NCBI GenBank assembly: GCA_902594855.1
Contig: CACJNS010000002.1
Span: 18,003-82,002, forward strand
DNA from: an uncultured SAR86 cluster bacterium
GTDB lineage: Bacteria > Pseudomonadota > Gammaproteobacteria > Magnimaribacterales > AG-339-G14
Length of the DNA: 64,000 nucleotides
Reading direction: 5' to 3'
This document shows positions 21,223-32,182 of the stretch, one piece after another. Position 1 is the stretch's first letter, and every line of letters starts with the position of its first letter. The notes beneath the pieces are model-generated. The model was not told where the DNA came from. It saw only the letters and a list, made by a program, of their open reading frames with translations, and made no database searches. A program made the position numbers and the translations under genes.

Positions 21223-22672
21223 TGAAATATTAATGGTTGCAGAATCAGTCTCTAACGAAAAAGCATTACCAAAAGATACTATTTTTGAAGCAATTGAATT
21301 TGCTTTAGCTAGTGCTGCTAAGAAAAAATATGCTGATGAGGTAGATATTCGCGTGGATATAGATCATCAAACAGGAGATTATGAAACTTTCAGATGTTGG
21401 GAGGTAGTCGAAGTTGATGACTATGAAACTCCTGAAATGCATATTCTTATTGATAGTGATGATGCAGAGGAAAAAAATCTTTCTCTTGGTGATTTAGTCA
21501 AAGAAAAGATTGAAAATGTTGAGTTTGGAAGAATTGCTGCTCAAATAGCAAAACAAGTAATTGTTCAAAAAGTAAGGGATGCAGAAAGGCTTGAGATAAT
21601 TAAAAAATTCAGATCTTACTTAGGCCAACTTGTTACTGGGACAGTAAAGAAAGTTACAAGAGAAACAATCATTGTTGATATTGGAGAAGGAGCTGATGCA
21701 ATTCTACCTAGATCAGATTTGATACAAGGAGAGATATATCGCATTGGAGATAGGGTTAGGGCTATTCTTGAAGAAACTGTTCGTGAGAATAGAGGTTCAC
21801 AATTAACTTTATCTAGAGGGTCAAAAGAGATGTTAGTTGAATTATTCAAGCTAGAGGTTCCTGAGATAGCTGAAGAAGTAGTCCAGATAAGAGCTGTGGC
21901 TAGAGAACCTGGAGGAAGGTCTAAGATTGCAGTCAAAACAAATGATACAAGAATTGATCCTGTTGGAGCATGTGTGGGAATGAGAGGAGCGAGAGTTCAA
22001 GCAGTTTCAAATGAATTAGGTAATGAGAGAATTGATATTATTGTCTGGGAAGATGATCCAGCAAAATTGCTTATAAATACTTTGTCACCAGCTGAAGTTA
22101 CTTCGATAGTTTTAGATGAAGACGCAGATAAAATGGAAGTTCAGGTCAAAGATGAAAGCTTGGCTCAAGCAATAGGAAGAAATGGCCAAAATATAAGATT
22201 ATCTTCAGAACTTATTGGATGGGATATCCAGATTCGTGGAGAGAATGAGAATAAAGAATCTTCTGGGTCTGATCAAGCTTCAAATATTCTTGAAAAATAC
22301 TTAGATATCGATACTTCTACTTCAGAAATTTTAATTTCTAATGGTTTTGAATCAGTTAATTCTATTGCAGAAGCTGAAATATCAAAACTTTGTGAAATAG
22401 AGGAGATTAATGAGGAAATTGCTGAAACGTTAATTGAAAGAGCCTCTGATGCACTTATTGAAATTGCTCTTTCAGATATGGAAGAGGCATTTGACTTTAA
22501 TTCTTTAGATGATGTCGATGAAGAAATTGCAAAAGTTCTTTCAGATAATTTATCTAGTAAAGACGAGCTAGCTGATCTTTCTGTTGATGAATTAGTAGAA
22601 ATGATCAAAATAGATGAAGAATTAGCTGCAAAAATTATTATGGATGCTAGATCTGATTGGTTTGAGGGATAA
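21215..22672 (+). CDS. nusA: transcription termination/antitermination factor NusA
   Basis: FGRIAAQIAKQVIVQKVR, S1 and KH domains, acidic repeats. Start placed at ATG 21215 after a GAGG Shine-Dalgarno. Confidence 0.97.
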   Translation: MNNEILMVAESVSNEKALPKDTIFEAIEFALASAAKKKYADEVDIRVDIDHQTGDYETFRCWEVVEVDDYETPEMHILIDSDDAEEKNLSLGDLVKEKIENVEFGRIAAQIAKQVIVQKVRDAERLEIIKKFRSYLGQLVTGTVKKVTRETIIVDIGEGADAILPRSDLIQGEIYRIGDRVRAILEETVRENRGSQLTLSRGSKEMLVELFKLEVPEIAEEVVQIRAVAREPGGRSKIAVKTNDTRIDPVGACVGMRGARVQAVSNELGNERIDIIVWEDDPAKLLINTLSPAEVTSIVLDEDADKMEVQVKDESLAQAIGRNGQNIRLSSELIGWDIQIRGENENKESSGSDQASNILEKYLDIDTSTSEILISNGFESVNSIAEAEISKLCEIEEINEEIAETLIERASDALIEIALSDMEEAFDFNSLDDVDEEIAKVLSDNLSSKDELADLSVDELVEMIKIDEELAAKIIMDARSDWFEG

Positions 22673-22677
22673 AAAAT

Positions 22678-25032
22678 ATGGATGTAAGTGATTTAGCAAA
22701 AGTCATAGGATACGAAGTAGATTCATTGTTAGAAGCAATAAATCAAGCAGGTCTATCTCAATCATCTGCCGACGATAATATTTCTACGGAAGATAGAAAA
22801 AAAATTCTTGAACATATTAAGAGCACTAAGAAAGGTTCCAAGAAAACTATTTCTATTGCTAAGAAAACAAAGACCGAGACCAAGAATGATGAAGGACAAA
22901 TCTCTATAACTAGGTTTAAATCTGAGAGTCAATCTGCTAATCAAAAAACTTCATCAGGAGATTTATCTGGAACAATTGATTTTGAGGCTGCTGAAAAAAG
23001 GAGAGTTCAGGCGTCGAGTGATAAAAAAGCCCAAGACGAAGAAAGAGAAAAAAGAATAAAAGATTCTTCTACCAAGGTAATAAGGAAGACTAAACAGGAG
23101 CAGGCAAAACAAAGCAAAGGAAATACTTCAGCAAAAAAATCAACTAAAACTCAAAGAAAAGATCTCACAAGTCCTGCCAAAGATTCAAAACTAGATAAAA
23201 AAGAACAAGAAGGTGAAAAGTTTTTAGAATCTCAGCTTGCATCAGTTCAAAAATTTGAGAAGCCTTCTGAATTTATTCAAAAAGAGATATCAATCCCTGA
23301 AACTATTTCTGTAGCTGAACTTGCCAAAGGACTTTCCGTAAAGTCTTCTGACCTCATTAAAGCTCTTATGAATAATGGAATTATGGCTACTGTGAATCAA
23401 TCTCTTGATCAAGAAACTGCAGTTCTTATAACGACTGAACTTGGTCATGTAGGCAATCCGATTCAAGAAAATGAAGCTGAGGAAAAAATGCTCGAGGGAT
23501 TTGCTCAAGAAGGAGAACAAATTGGAAGAGATGCCATCGTTTCTGTACTGGGGCATGTTGATCATGGAAAAACTTCACTTCTGGATTACATAAGAAATTC
23601 CTCCGTTGCAGATAAAGAAGAGGGAGGCATCACTCAAAGCATAGGTGCTTATCAAGTATCAATTGAAGACAAGAATCTCACATTTATTGATACACCAGGA
23701 CACGCTGCATTTTCAAAAATGAGAGCTAGAGGTGCAAATTCTACAGATATTGTTGTTCTTGTAGTTGCTGCTGATGACGGAGTTCAACCTCAAACAGTGG
23801 AAGCCATAAATCATGCTAAAGCTGCTGGTGTGCAAATTGTGGTTGCAGTAAATAAAATCGACAAACCTGAGGCAGATGTAGACAAAATAAAAGGGGATTT
23901 AGCCAAGGAAGAACTTGTTTCAGAAGATTGGGGCGGTGATATTCAAATGGTTCCTGTATCAGCACAATCCGGAGAAGGAATCCCTGAATTATTAGAAACA
24001 ATTTTCTTAGTAGCAGAAATTATGGACTTGAAGGCATCTTTTGAAGGGCCTGCAACTGGAGTAGTTTTAGAATCTGGCGTAAAAAGAGGTGAAGGTGCAG
24101 TTGCTACATTATTAATTCAACAAGGCAGCCTAAATACAGGTGACTTTATTCTTGTAGGAGATCAAACCAGAAAAATTAGGGCTTTAAAAGATTTTAATGA
24201 TAAACCAATTAAAACTGCTCAACCTTCCTCACCTGTTTCAATATCAGGTTTGGAATATCCTCCATCAGCTGGGGATCAGTTTTATGTATTAAAAGATGAA
24301 AAAACAGCAAAAAATCTATCAGAAGAAAGAGCAACAAAAGAAAGAGAAAAAAGACTTTCTAGAATGGGCTCTCTAAATTCTGAAAATATATTTGCAAATG
24401 CTGATGGAACTAAACCTTCAATAAATCTTATTCTTAAATCAGACTCTAACGGAACATTGGAAGCTCTATCCGGTTCAGTTCTCAATATGAAGATAGATGA
24501 GGTTAATTTAAAGATTGTACTCGATGGAGTGGGCTCTATTACCGAAAATGATGTCAACTTAGCAATTGCATCGGAGGCAACAATTTTTGGCTACAACGTG
24601 AGAGCTGATACCACTGCACTCAACTTGGCAGAAAGCGAAGGTATAGAGATAAAGTATTTCGGCATAATTTATGATTTGCTGGATTCAATTAAAGCTTTGA
24701 TAGAAGGATCTTTAGAGCCAGAAATAAAAGAAAGACAGTTGGGCATCGCAGAAGTAAAAGAATTATTTAAATCACCCAAATTCGGCCTGATAGCAGGTTC
24801 AATGGTTACTGATGGAAGCATCATGGCAAATAAACTCGTAAGAGTTCTAAGAGATAATATTGTAATTCATGAAGGAAAATTAGACTCTCTAAGAAGATTT
24901 AAAGATGAGGCTTCAGAAGTAAAAAGCGGCACTGAATGTGGAATAGGAATTACTAATTATACTGATGCAAAAGTTGGTGATGTCATTGAAGTATACGAAA
25001 GAGAAGAAATAGCCAGAAAACTTGAATCTTGA
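22678..25032 (+). CDS. infB: translation initiation factor IF-2
   Basis: GHVDHGKTSLL, DTPGHAAF, NKID and C-terminal ECGIG motifs. Confidence 0.98.
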   Translation: MDVSDLAKVIGYEVDSLLEAINQAGLSQSSADDNISTEDRKKILEHIKSTKKGSKKTISIAKKTKTETKNDEGQISITRFKSESQSANQKTSSGDLSGTIDFEAAEKRRVQASSDKKAQDEEREKRIKDSSTKVIRKTKQEQAKQSKGNTSAKKSTKTQRKDLTSPAKDSKLDKKEQEGEKFLESQLASVQKFEKPSEFIQKEISIPETISVAELAKGLSVKSSDLIKALMNNGIMATVNQSLDQETAVLITTELGHVGNPIQENEAEEKMLEGFAQEGEQIGRDAIVSVLGHVDHGKTSLLDYIRNSSVADKEEGGITQSIGAYQVSIEDKNLTFIDTPGHAAFSKMRARGANSTDIVVLVVAADDGVQPQTVEAINHAKAAGVQIVVAVNKIDKPEADVDKIKGDLAKEELVSEDWGGDIQMVPVSAQSGEGIPELLETIFLVAEIMDLKASFEGPATGVVLESGVKRGEGAVATLLIQQGSLNTGDFILVGDQTRKIRALKDFNDKPIKTAQPSSPVSISGLEYPPSAGDQFYVLKDEKTAKNLSEERATKEREKRLSRMGSLNSENIFANADGTKPSINLILKSDSNGTLEALSGSVLNMKIDEVNLKIVLDGVGSITENDVNLAIASEATIFGYNVRADTTALNLAESEGIEIKYFGIIYDLLDSIKALIEGSLEPEIKERQLGIAEVKELFKSPKFGLIAGSMVTDGSIMANKLVRVLRDNIVIHEGKLDSLRRFKDEASEVKSGTECGIGITNYTDAKVGDVIEVYEREEIARKLES

Positions 25033-25346
25033 CAAATAAATACTCATTTAAGAGGTCTGACAGGATTGCAGATCTTATATTCAGGGAAATTTCTAATTTA
25101 GTTCAAACGCAGGTAAAAGATCCCCGACTAGAAAATACCGTCATCACTAAAGTAGAGATGTCTGACAATATGAAGATAGCCAAAATCTTCTACAGAAATT
25201 TGATATCTTCTTCCGATCAAGCAGAGTTAGAAAAAGGTTTTAAAAAGGCATCAGGCTTTTTAAGATCAAGTCTGGCAAGAAATTTATCTTTGAAAAGAGT
25301 TCCAAATCTGACTTTTATTTATGATGAGCTAAGCATTTATGATTAA
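25029..25346 (+). CDS. rbfA: 30S ribosome-binding factor RbfA (TTG start)
   Basis: RSDRIAD...VKDPRL...LKRVPNLTFIYD. Confidence 0.93.
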   Translation: MTNKYSFKRSDRIADLIFREISNLVQTQVKDPRLENTVITKVEMSDNMKIAKIFYRNLISSSDQAELEKGFKKASGFLRSSLARNLSLKRVPNLTFIYDELSIYD

Positions 25347-26223
25347 TGGTGTACTTCAAATCGATAAGCCAAAAGCTGAGTCGTCTGCTTCTCATATAAG
25401 AAGACTATCTAAATTAGAACCCGAACTAAAAATTGGACATTGTGGAACCCTTGATCCAATGGCTACTGGAATATTGGTAGTTTGTCTTAATCAAATGACC
25501 AGATTTGCTTCATATCTGAGCTCGTCTGAAAAAACTTATCAAGCTTGCATATACTTTGGGAAAAAGACTAGCACTGGTGACTCTGAGGGAGAGATAATCG
25601 ATTCAAAAGAATTTTCATTTGTAGATTTTTCTTCAAAAGATGTTGAAAATACGATTCAAAAATTCCTGGGCAAATCTAAACAAAAACCTCCAGCATTCTC
25701 AGCCTTAAAACACAAAGGAAAATCTCTATATGAATACGCAAGAGAAGGTATAAAAATAGACAAAGATGAAAGAGAAATTTTTATATCTTCAATAAAACTT
25801 TTATCCATAATTGGAAATGAAATCAATATTGAAGTCTCTTGTAGCTCTGGAACTTACGTAAGATCCTTAGCAGAAGATATCGGTGAACTATTTAATTGCC
25901 CTGCGTATTTGAAAGATCTTAGAAGAACCAGATCTGGAAATTTTTATGTGAAAAATGCAATCAAACTTCCTCAAGACAGTTTACCTATCGATAAAATAAT
26001 TTCACCAAATGATGCACTAAATTGCTTTAATGAGATACAATGCGCGCCAGATATAGTAGATAAATTAAGAAACGGCCAATTCGTCGAATCTAACTTGAAA
26101 TACGATTCTTCGACTATTTTAAGGCTAAGGGATTCCAAAAGGGGATTCATTGGATTGGTAGAATATAACAAAGGTTTACTTAAACCAAAACGATTCCTAG
26201 AAAATTTTCTATCTTTATCTTAA
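25339..26223 (+). CDS. truB: tRNA pseudouridine(55) synthase
   Basis: GHCGTLDPMATG, PPAFSALK, CSSGTYVRSL and LRRT motifs. Confidence 0.96.
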   Translation: MINGVLQIDKPKAESSASHIRRLSKLEPELKIGHCGTLDPMATGILVVCLNQMTRFASYLSSSEKTYQACIYFGKKTSTGDSEGEIIDSKEFSFVDFSSKDVENTIQKFLGKSKQKPPAFSALKHKGKSLYEYAREGIKIDKDEREIFISSIKLLSIIGNEINIEVSCSSGTYVRSLAEDIGELFNCPAYLKDLRRTRSGNFYVKNAIKLPQDSLPIDKIISPNDALNCFNEIQCAPDIVDKLRNGQFVESNLKYDSSTILRLRDSKRGFIGLVEYNKGLLKPKRFLENFLSLS

Positions 26224-26239
26224 AAACTAGGAGGACTCA

Positions 26240-26509
26240 TTGAGTTTAACAACAGAACAGAAAAATGAAATTGTAAGTAAATTCGCCGTATCGGATGGAG
26301 ATACTGGTTCACCTCAGGTTCAAATAGCTTTATTAACTGCGAATATTGAATCGTTACAAAAGCATTTTAAAGATCATGCAAAGGATCATCATTCCCGTCA
26401 GGGACTTATAAGAATGGTGAATTCTAGGAGAAAGTTATTAGATTATCTCAAAGGAAAAGATCCCGAGGCTTATTCTTCTGTTCTAGAAGCACTGAATCTA
26501 AGAAAGTAA
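26240..26509 (+). CDS. rpsO: 30S ribosomal protein S15 (TTG start)
   Basis: [13 protein letters not shown] and KDHHSRQGL motifs; AGGAGG Shine-Dalgarno. Confidence 0.98.
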   Translation: MSLTTEQKNEIVSKFAVSDGDTGSPQVQIALLTANIESLQKHFKDHAKDHHSRQGLIRMVNSRRKLLDYLKGKDPEAYSSVLEALNLRK

Positions 26510-26538
26510 TTTAGATTCAGATTTATAAAGGAAATTAA

Positions 26539-28644
26539 ATGTTTGAAGAGACTTATGCGTCAGTTACAACAAATGTAGCTGGAAGAGAAATAAAATTAGA
26601 AACAGGAAAAATAGCACGACAAGCAACAGCATCTATCATTGCTTCTTCTGGCGACAATCAAGTTCTAGTAACTGTTGTTGCTGGAAGAGAGCCAGAAGGC
26701 CAATCTTTTTTTCCACTAACAGTAAATTACACAGAAAAATATTATGCTGCAGGAAAGATTCCAGGTAGTTTTTTTCGTAGAGAGGGTAGACCAACTGAGA
26801 AAGAAACACTTGTCTCAAGACTTATTGATAGACCTTTAAGACCTTTATTTCCGAAAGGTTATTTTCAAGAAGTACAGGTAATATGCACAGTTTTATCTGC
26901 TGATAAGAATGAAAGTCCGGAGATTATTTCTCTCATTGGAGCATCTGCTGCTTTAGCGATATCTGGCCTTCCTTTTGAGGGTCCAATTTCTGCTGCAAGA
27001 GTGGGATTTGTGGATGGATCATATGTGCTCAATCCTGATAATGAATCACTTGAAAAATCGATGTTGGATATGGTTGTTGCTGGAACGAAAGATGCTATTT
27101 TGATGGTTGAATCTGAGGCAAAAGAACTTTCAGAAGATCAAATGCTCGGAGCTGTTTTATTTGCTCATCAAGAAATGCAAAAAACAATTACTTTAATTGA
27201 AGAGCTCGCTTCAAAAACCTCTATTCCTGAAATTGAATATTCTATAAAAGAAGATAATTCTGAATTAAAAGAAAAAATTATAAATATTGTAAGAGACGAC
27301 CTAGTGAGTGCTTATTCGATTCCAGAAAAGTCCAAAAGACAGGAATCAGTCTCTCTTGCTCGAGATAAAATGAAAGAGAGTCTTAACGATGAAGATTTGG
27401 AAGATGAAAACGCTGTTTCTGGATATTTCAAATCAGTAGAATCAGAAATAGTAAGATCTAGACTCCTCAACGGAGATTCAAGAATAGATGGAAGAGACCT
27501 TGATACAGTCAGACCAATAGATATAGAAGTTGGATTTTTAAATAAATCTCACGGTTCTTGTTTGTTTACGAGAGGTGAGACTCAATCTATTGGTGTTGCA
27601 ACACTAGGTGGGTCCAGAGATGCTCAATTGATAGATGCTCTAGAAGGTACAACAAATGATCCCTTTATGCTTCATTATAACTTTCCTCCATTTTCTGTTG
27701 GTGAGGCAGGTTTTATAGGGGCGCCAAAAAGAAGAGAAATCGGTCATGGAAAATTAGCACGAAGAGCTTTGGAAGCAGTTTTGCCATCCCAAGAAGAGTT
27801 TCCCTATACCATAAGGGTTGTATCCGAAATAACTGAATCGAATGGCTCTAGTTCCATGGCAACAGTTTGTTCTTCAAGTCTATCAATGATGGATGCAGGA
27901 ATTCCTATTAAGAAAGCTGTGGCAGGAGTAGCTATGGGGCTTGTTCTTGATGGTGATGATTTCTGCGTCATAACAGATATTTTAGGAGATGAAGATCATC
28001 TGGGAGATATGGATTTTAAGGTAGCAGGAACTTCAGATGGAGTAACGGCTCTTCAGATGGATATTAAAGTTAAAGGAATATCAGAAGAGATAATGGAGGT
28101 AGCTCTTGAGAAAGCACAGATAGCAAGGACTCACATCCTTGAAAAAATGGACTCTGTATTGGACTCACCAAGAAAAGAACTTTCTCCAAATGCCCCGCAA
28201 GCCGTAAATATGACCATTGAAAAAGATAAAATTAGAGAAGTGATTGGAAAAGGCGGTTCGGTAATTAAAAGTATTACCGAAAAATCTGGTGCAAATGTGG
28301 ATATTAATGATGATGGAGAGATTAAAATATTTGGCGATTCACCTGAATCAAGGCAAACAGCCATAGACCTTATTAATCAAATTGTTGCAGATCCTGAAGT
28401 CGGTCACATTTATACCGGAACTGTAGTTAAAATTGTCGAGTTCGGAGCTTTTGTTTCAATAGATGGTGGAAAAGAAGGCCTAGTCCATGTCTCAGAAATC
28501 ATGGAAGAAAGGGTTGAGAAAGTCTCTGACTACCTTGTTGAAGGAGAAGAAGTCGATGTTAAAGTCATTGGTATTGATGACAGAGGTAGGGTAAAACTTA
28601 GTATCAAAGCAGTAAATTCACCGGAAGAAACTACCGAAGGATAA
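26539..28644 (+). CDS. pnp: polyribonucleotide nucleotidyltransferase
   Basis: SRLIDRPLRPLFP, FTRGETQ, SNGSSSMA and GDMDFKVAG motifs, plus KH and S1 domains. Confidence 0.99.
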   Translation: MFEETYASVTTNVAGREIKLETGKIARQATASIIASSGDNQVLVTVVAGREPEGQSFFPLTVNYTEKYYAAGKIPGSFFRREGRPTEKETLVSRLIDRPLRPLFPKGYFQEVQVICTVLSADKNESPEIISLIGASAALAISGLPFEGPISAARVGFVDGSYVLNPDNESLEKSMLDMVVAGTKDAILMVESEAKELSEDQMLGAVLFAHQEMQKTITLIEELASKTSIPEIEYSIKEDNSELKEKIINIVRDDLVSAYSIPEKSKRQESVSLARDKMKESLNDEDLEDENAVSGYFKSVESEIVRSRLLNGDSRIDGRDLDTVRPIDIEVGFLNKSHGSCLFTRGETQSIGVATLGGSRDAQLIDALEGTTNDPFMLHYNFPPFSVGEAGFIGAPKRREIGHGKLARRALEAVLPSQEEFPYTIRVVSEITESNGSSSMATVCSSSLSMMDAGIPIKKAVAGVAMGLVLDGDDFCVITDILGDEDHLGDMDFKVAGTSDGVTALQMDIKVKGISEEIMEVALEKAQIARTHILEKMDSVLDSPRKELSPNAPQAVNMTIEKDKIREVIGKGGSVIKSITEKSGANVDINDDGEIKIFGDSPESRQTAIDLINQIVADPEVGHIYTGTVVKIVEFGAFVSIDGGKEGLVHVSEIMEERVEKVSDYLVEGEEVDVKVIGIDDRGRVKLSIKAVNSPEETTEG

Positions 28645-28647
28645 ATC

Positions 28648-28724
28648 TGGTGGCTATGGGTAGACTTGAACTACCGACCTCTGCGTTATGAGTGCAGCGC
28701 TCTAACCAGCTGAGCTACATAGCC
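28648..28724 (-). tRNA. tRNA-Met(CAT), probably elongator
   Basis: GGCTATG/CATAGCC acceptor stem, CTCATAA loop, encoded CCA. The acceptor resembles elongator Met more than Ile2. Confidence 0.92.
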
Positions 28725-28772
28725 AAAGAAAGAGAATTCTCTTAGTCTGATCATTAAAAGTCAAGCAACAAG

Positions 28773-29858
28773 CTATACATTGAATCTGAAGTGAACTATG
28801 TCTCCATCTTTAATGATGTATTCAGAACCTTCGGATCTTAATTTTCCTGCCTCCTTAGCTCCTAGCTCACCATTAAACTCAATATAGTCTTCATAGGAAA
28901 TGGTTTCAGCTCTGATAAAACCTTTTTCAAAGTCTGTATGAATTGTTCCTGCAGCTTGAGGAGCCAGAGATCCTTTTTTTATTTCCCAAGCTCTTACTTC
29001 TTTTTTTCCAGCCGTAAAAAAGGTTTGAAGACCTAAGCTATCAAATGCTGCCCTGATCATGACGTTTAATCCAGGCTCTTCCAGACCTATATCTTTCAGA
29101 AGATCATCTTTGTCATCTCCAAGTTCAGCTATTTCAGCTTCAAGCTGATTGCATAGACTAATGACTTGAGAATTATTTTCAGAGGCGAATTCTTTAACGG
29201 ATGAATAAAATTCATTTTCTTCAAGGCTATCATCTATGTTTGCAACATATATAACAGGTTTGATTGAAATAAGATTTAAGCCTTTAAGTTCAGCTAAATC
29301 GTTATTTTCAAAGTTTATATTTCTTAAATTCTCTTCTTTATTGAGAAATTCCAATGTTTTTTCGTAAACTTCTAAGGTAAAGAGAAGCTTTTTGTCGCCA
29401 CTTTTAGCTTTCCTCTTAACATTTTCAATGGCGTTCTCAAGAACTTCCATGTCTGCAAGGATAAGTTCAAGTTCTATCGTTTTTATATCATCTAGAGGAG
29501 ATATTTTATCTTTGACATGAATTATGCTTTCATCTTCAAAGCATCTAACTACATGAATAATCGCATCTGTTTCTCTGATATTGGCAAGAAACTTATTACC
29601 TAAACCCTCTCCCTTGGAAGCTCCCTCAACAAGACCAGCGATATCAACAAATTCAACAGTTGATTGAATTATTTCCTCAGGATCAACAATTTCAGCTATT
29701 TTATTAAGTCTTCTGTCAGGAAGATTTACTATTCCAACATTAGGATCGATTGTGCAGAATGGAAAATTTTCAGCTTGTATACCAGATGATGTTAACGCAT
29801 TGAACAAGGTAGATTTTCCTACGTTAGGTAATCCCACAATCCCACATTTAAGTCCCAT
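28773..29858 (-). CDS. ychF: redox-regulated ATPase YchF
   Basis: [28 protein letters not shown] and [12 protein letters not shown] motifs. Start placed at ATG 29858 (TAATG with pth). Confidence 0.97.
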   Translation of the reverse strand: MGLKCGIVGLPNVGKSTLFNALTSSGIQAENFPFCTIDPNVGIVNLPDRRLNKIAEIVDPEEIIQSTVEFVDIAGLVEGASKGEGLGNKFLANIRETDAIIHVVRCFEDESIIHVKDKISPLDDIKTIELELILADMEVLENAIENVKRKAKSGDKKLLFTLEVYEKTLEFLNKEENLRNINFENNDLAELKGLNLISIKPVIYVANIDDSLEENEFYSSVKEFASENNSQVISLCNQLEAEIAELGDDKDDLLKDIGLEEPGLNVMIRAAFDSLGLQTFFTAGKKEVRAWEIKKGSLAPQAAGTIHTDFEKGFIRAETISYEDYIEFNGELGAKEAGKLRSEGSEYIIKDGDIVHFRFNV

Positions 29859-30436
29859 TATTTTTTTGAATGTAATTGCGTCAAAGCCTTTTCCCAATCA
29901 TCAAAAGCAACAAGTTCAAAAACCTCCAAGGCATTATGCATCGCTATAAGTTTATTTTTTCTTTCACTAGAAGATCCTTTTTTTACGACAAAGGAATTAA
30001 CTTTTTTTGTATCGCCTGGATGACCTATACCAATTCTTAGCCTCTTAAAATCTTTTTTACCAGACAAGCTCTGCATAATATCTTTTAAGCCATTGTGACC
30101 TCCATCTCCTCCAGAGAATTTTAATTTTGATACTCCAGGAGGAAGATCTAGATCATCATGAACAACAAGAAGATTTTTTAATTTTATATTTTCCCCTTTT
30201 ACAATAGGAGCAACGCTTTTTCCACTTTGATTCATAAATAGGGTAGGGATAGAAAGGATGACTTCCATATCCTTCAATAGAAATTTTCCTATAGAAGCTT
30301 TATATTTTTTCTTTTCTGTTAACTCAACATCATACTTTTCACAAAGCATATGAACGAAATCAGTTCCTGCATTATGTCTTGTATTAGCATACCTTGAGCC
30401 AGGATTTCCTAACCCAACCACTAAAAAGGTTTCCAT
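29858..30436 (-). CDS. pth: peptidyl-tRNA hydrolase
   Basis: VGLGNPG, TRHNAG, FMNQSG, HDDLD and GHNGL motifs. Confidence 0.97.
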   Translation of the reverse strand: METFLVVGLGNPGSRYANTRHNAGTDFVHMLCEKYDVELTEKKKYKASIGKFLLKDMEVILSIPTLFMNQSGKSVAPIVKGENIKLKNLLVVHDDLDLPPGVSKLKFSGGDGGHNGLKDIMQSLSGKKDFKRLRIGIGHPGDTKKVNSFVVKKGSSSERKNKLIAMHNALEVFELVAFDDWEKALTQLHSKK

Positions 30437-30439
30437 AAA

Positions 30440-31141
30440 TTAGTTATCGTTAGATTCTTCTTCTTGAGACTCGTCTGTTTGAGATGAATCGGCAGAAGCT
30501 TCAGCATCGTCTGTAACTTCTTCACCATCTTCTCTAATAACAGGATCATCATCAATTTCAAGTGAAGCTCTGGTAACAGAACAAGAGAGAACAGGTTGAT
30601 CTTGGAGATCATTCAATACGCTGGTCAGTTCGACACCTTCGGGCAAGGAGATTTCTGACATCATCACAGATTGATTCAATTCAATGTTTTGAGTGTCGAT
30701 TTCAATAAATTCTGGAAGAGAGGCTGCAGAGCATAAAACTTCTACTTCGTTTCTGAGGTGAGAAATCATACCGCCTTGTTGTTTGACGCCAACACAAATA
30801 TCCTCATTAATAAATTTTAATGGGACATTAACAGTTACTTTGGTATCTTTTGAAACAACAAGGAAGTCAACGTGTGAAGGTCTATCATTTCTCGGGTTTC
30901 TTTGAATATCTTTCAATAGAACCTCAAAAGGGGATCCATCAATATTCAAATCGATAACTTGGGAAAAAATACTTGGGTTTTCAAGAATTTTCTTAAGATC
31001 TTTCTCCATGACTTTAATATTTGAAGATTTTTCTTCTCCGTATATAACCCCGGGGACTATTTCAGAAGATCTTAAGCTTCTTGAATTTGCCTTACCTGTT
31101 TCTTGTCTGGATTCTCCAGATATAGTTATTTTTTCGCTCAT
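30440..31141 (-). CDS. rplY: 50S ribosomal protein bL25, long (CTC-type) form
   Basis: VPGVIYG and HVDF motifs, C-terminal domain and acidic tail. Confidence 0.95.
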   Translation of the reverse strand: MSEKITISGESRQETGKANSRSLRSSEIVPGVIYGEEKSSNIKVMEKDLKKILENPSIFSQVIDLNIDGSPFEVLLKDIQRNPRNDRPSHVDFLVVSKDTKVTVNVPLKFINEDICVGVKQQGGMISHLRNEVEVLCSAASLPEFIEIDTQNIELNQSVMMSEISLPEGVELTSVLNDLQDQPVLSCSVTRASLEIDDDPVIREDGEEVTDDAEASADSSQTDESQEEESNDN

Positions 31142-31144
31142 TTT

Positions 31145-32101
31145 TTATAAAAACATTTCACTGATTGATTCTTCTCTATTCACTCTTGTTATAGCGCCTG
31201 CTAATGTTGAATCCATAGAGACAATCTTTATTTTCTTACAATTTTCAGCCTCTTTTGAGAGCGGAATTGTATCAGTTACTATCAATGAGTCTAGCTTTGA
31301 TTTGGATATTTTTTCAATTGCAGAACCAGAAAGAACTGGGTGAGAAATATAAGCATAAACTTTTTGAGCGCCTTGTTTTTTCAACGCATCGGCAGCGTTG
31401 CAGAGAGTTCCTGCTGTATCAATTATGTCATCGATAATAATGCATGTTTTTTTCTTAACGTCCCCAATAACATTCATGACTTCAGATTCATTCGCCTTTT
31501 CTCTTCTTTTATCAATGATAGCTAAATCAGTATCCCCCATATATTTTGCTAGTGCTCTTGCTCTTACAACACCACCTACATCAGGAGAAACTACAATTTG
31601 GTCTGGATATCTTGATCTGTTTATATGATTTAAGAATGCTTTTGTAACATAGATATTATCCACAGGTATATTGAAAAAACCCTGTATTTGGTCTGAGTGC
31701 AAATCCAGAGTCATGATTCTATTTGCACCAGCAATTTGAAGAATTTCAGCGACTAGTTTTGCTGAAATAGGCACTCTTTCAGATCTAACTCTTCGATCCT
31801 GTCTGGCATAACCAAAATAGGGAATCACTGCAGTAATTCTGGATGCAGATGCTCTCCTTAAAGCATCTATCATAATTGATAACTCCATAAGATTTTCATT
31901 TGCAGGAGAACAAGTTGATTGGATTATAAATACATCCTTTCCTCTGACATTAACGTTTATCCTTACATCTGACTCGCCATCGCTGAATCTTTCTACTTCA
32001 GCTTTTCCTAGATTTTTACCAAGTTTTTTAGCAATCTTTCCAGCTAACACACTGTTAGCATTACCTGAAAATAAAATAAGATTTTTAGCAGGCTTTAACA
32101 T
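31145..32101 (-). CDS. prs: ribose-phosphate diphosphokinase
   Basis: [26 protein letters not shown] and [10 protein letters not shown] motifs. Confidence 0.98.
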   Translation of the reverse strand: MLKPAKNLILFSGNANSVLAGKIAKKLGKNLGKAEVERFSDGESDVRINVNVRGKDVFIIQSTCSPANENLMELSIMIDALRRASASRITAVIPYFGYARQDRRVRSERVPISAKLVAEILQIAGANRIMTLDLHSDQIQGFFNIPVDNIYVTKAFLNHINRSRYPDQIVVSPDVGGVVRARALAKYMGDTDLAIIDKRREKANESEVMNVIGDVKKKTCIIIDDIIDTAGTLCNAADALKKQGAQKVYAYISHPVLSGSAIEKISKSKLDSLIVTDTIPLSKEAENCKKIKIVSMDSTLAGAITRVNREESISEMFL

Positions 32102-32107
32102 TTTGTC

Positions 32108-32182
32108 TGGCTGGGGTGGTAGGATTCGAACCTACGCATGGCGGCATCAAAAGCCGCTGCCTTACCGCTTGGCCACACCCCA
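32108..32182 (-). tRNA. tRNA-Gln(TTG)
   Basis: TGGGGTG/CACCCCA acceptor stem, GCGGC-TTTTGAT-GCCGC anticodon arm, CCA. Confidence 0.97.
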
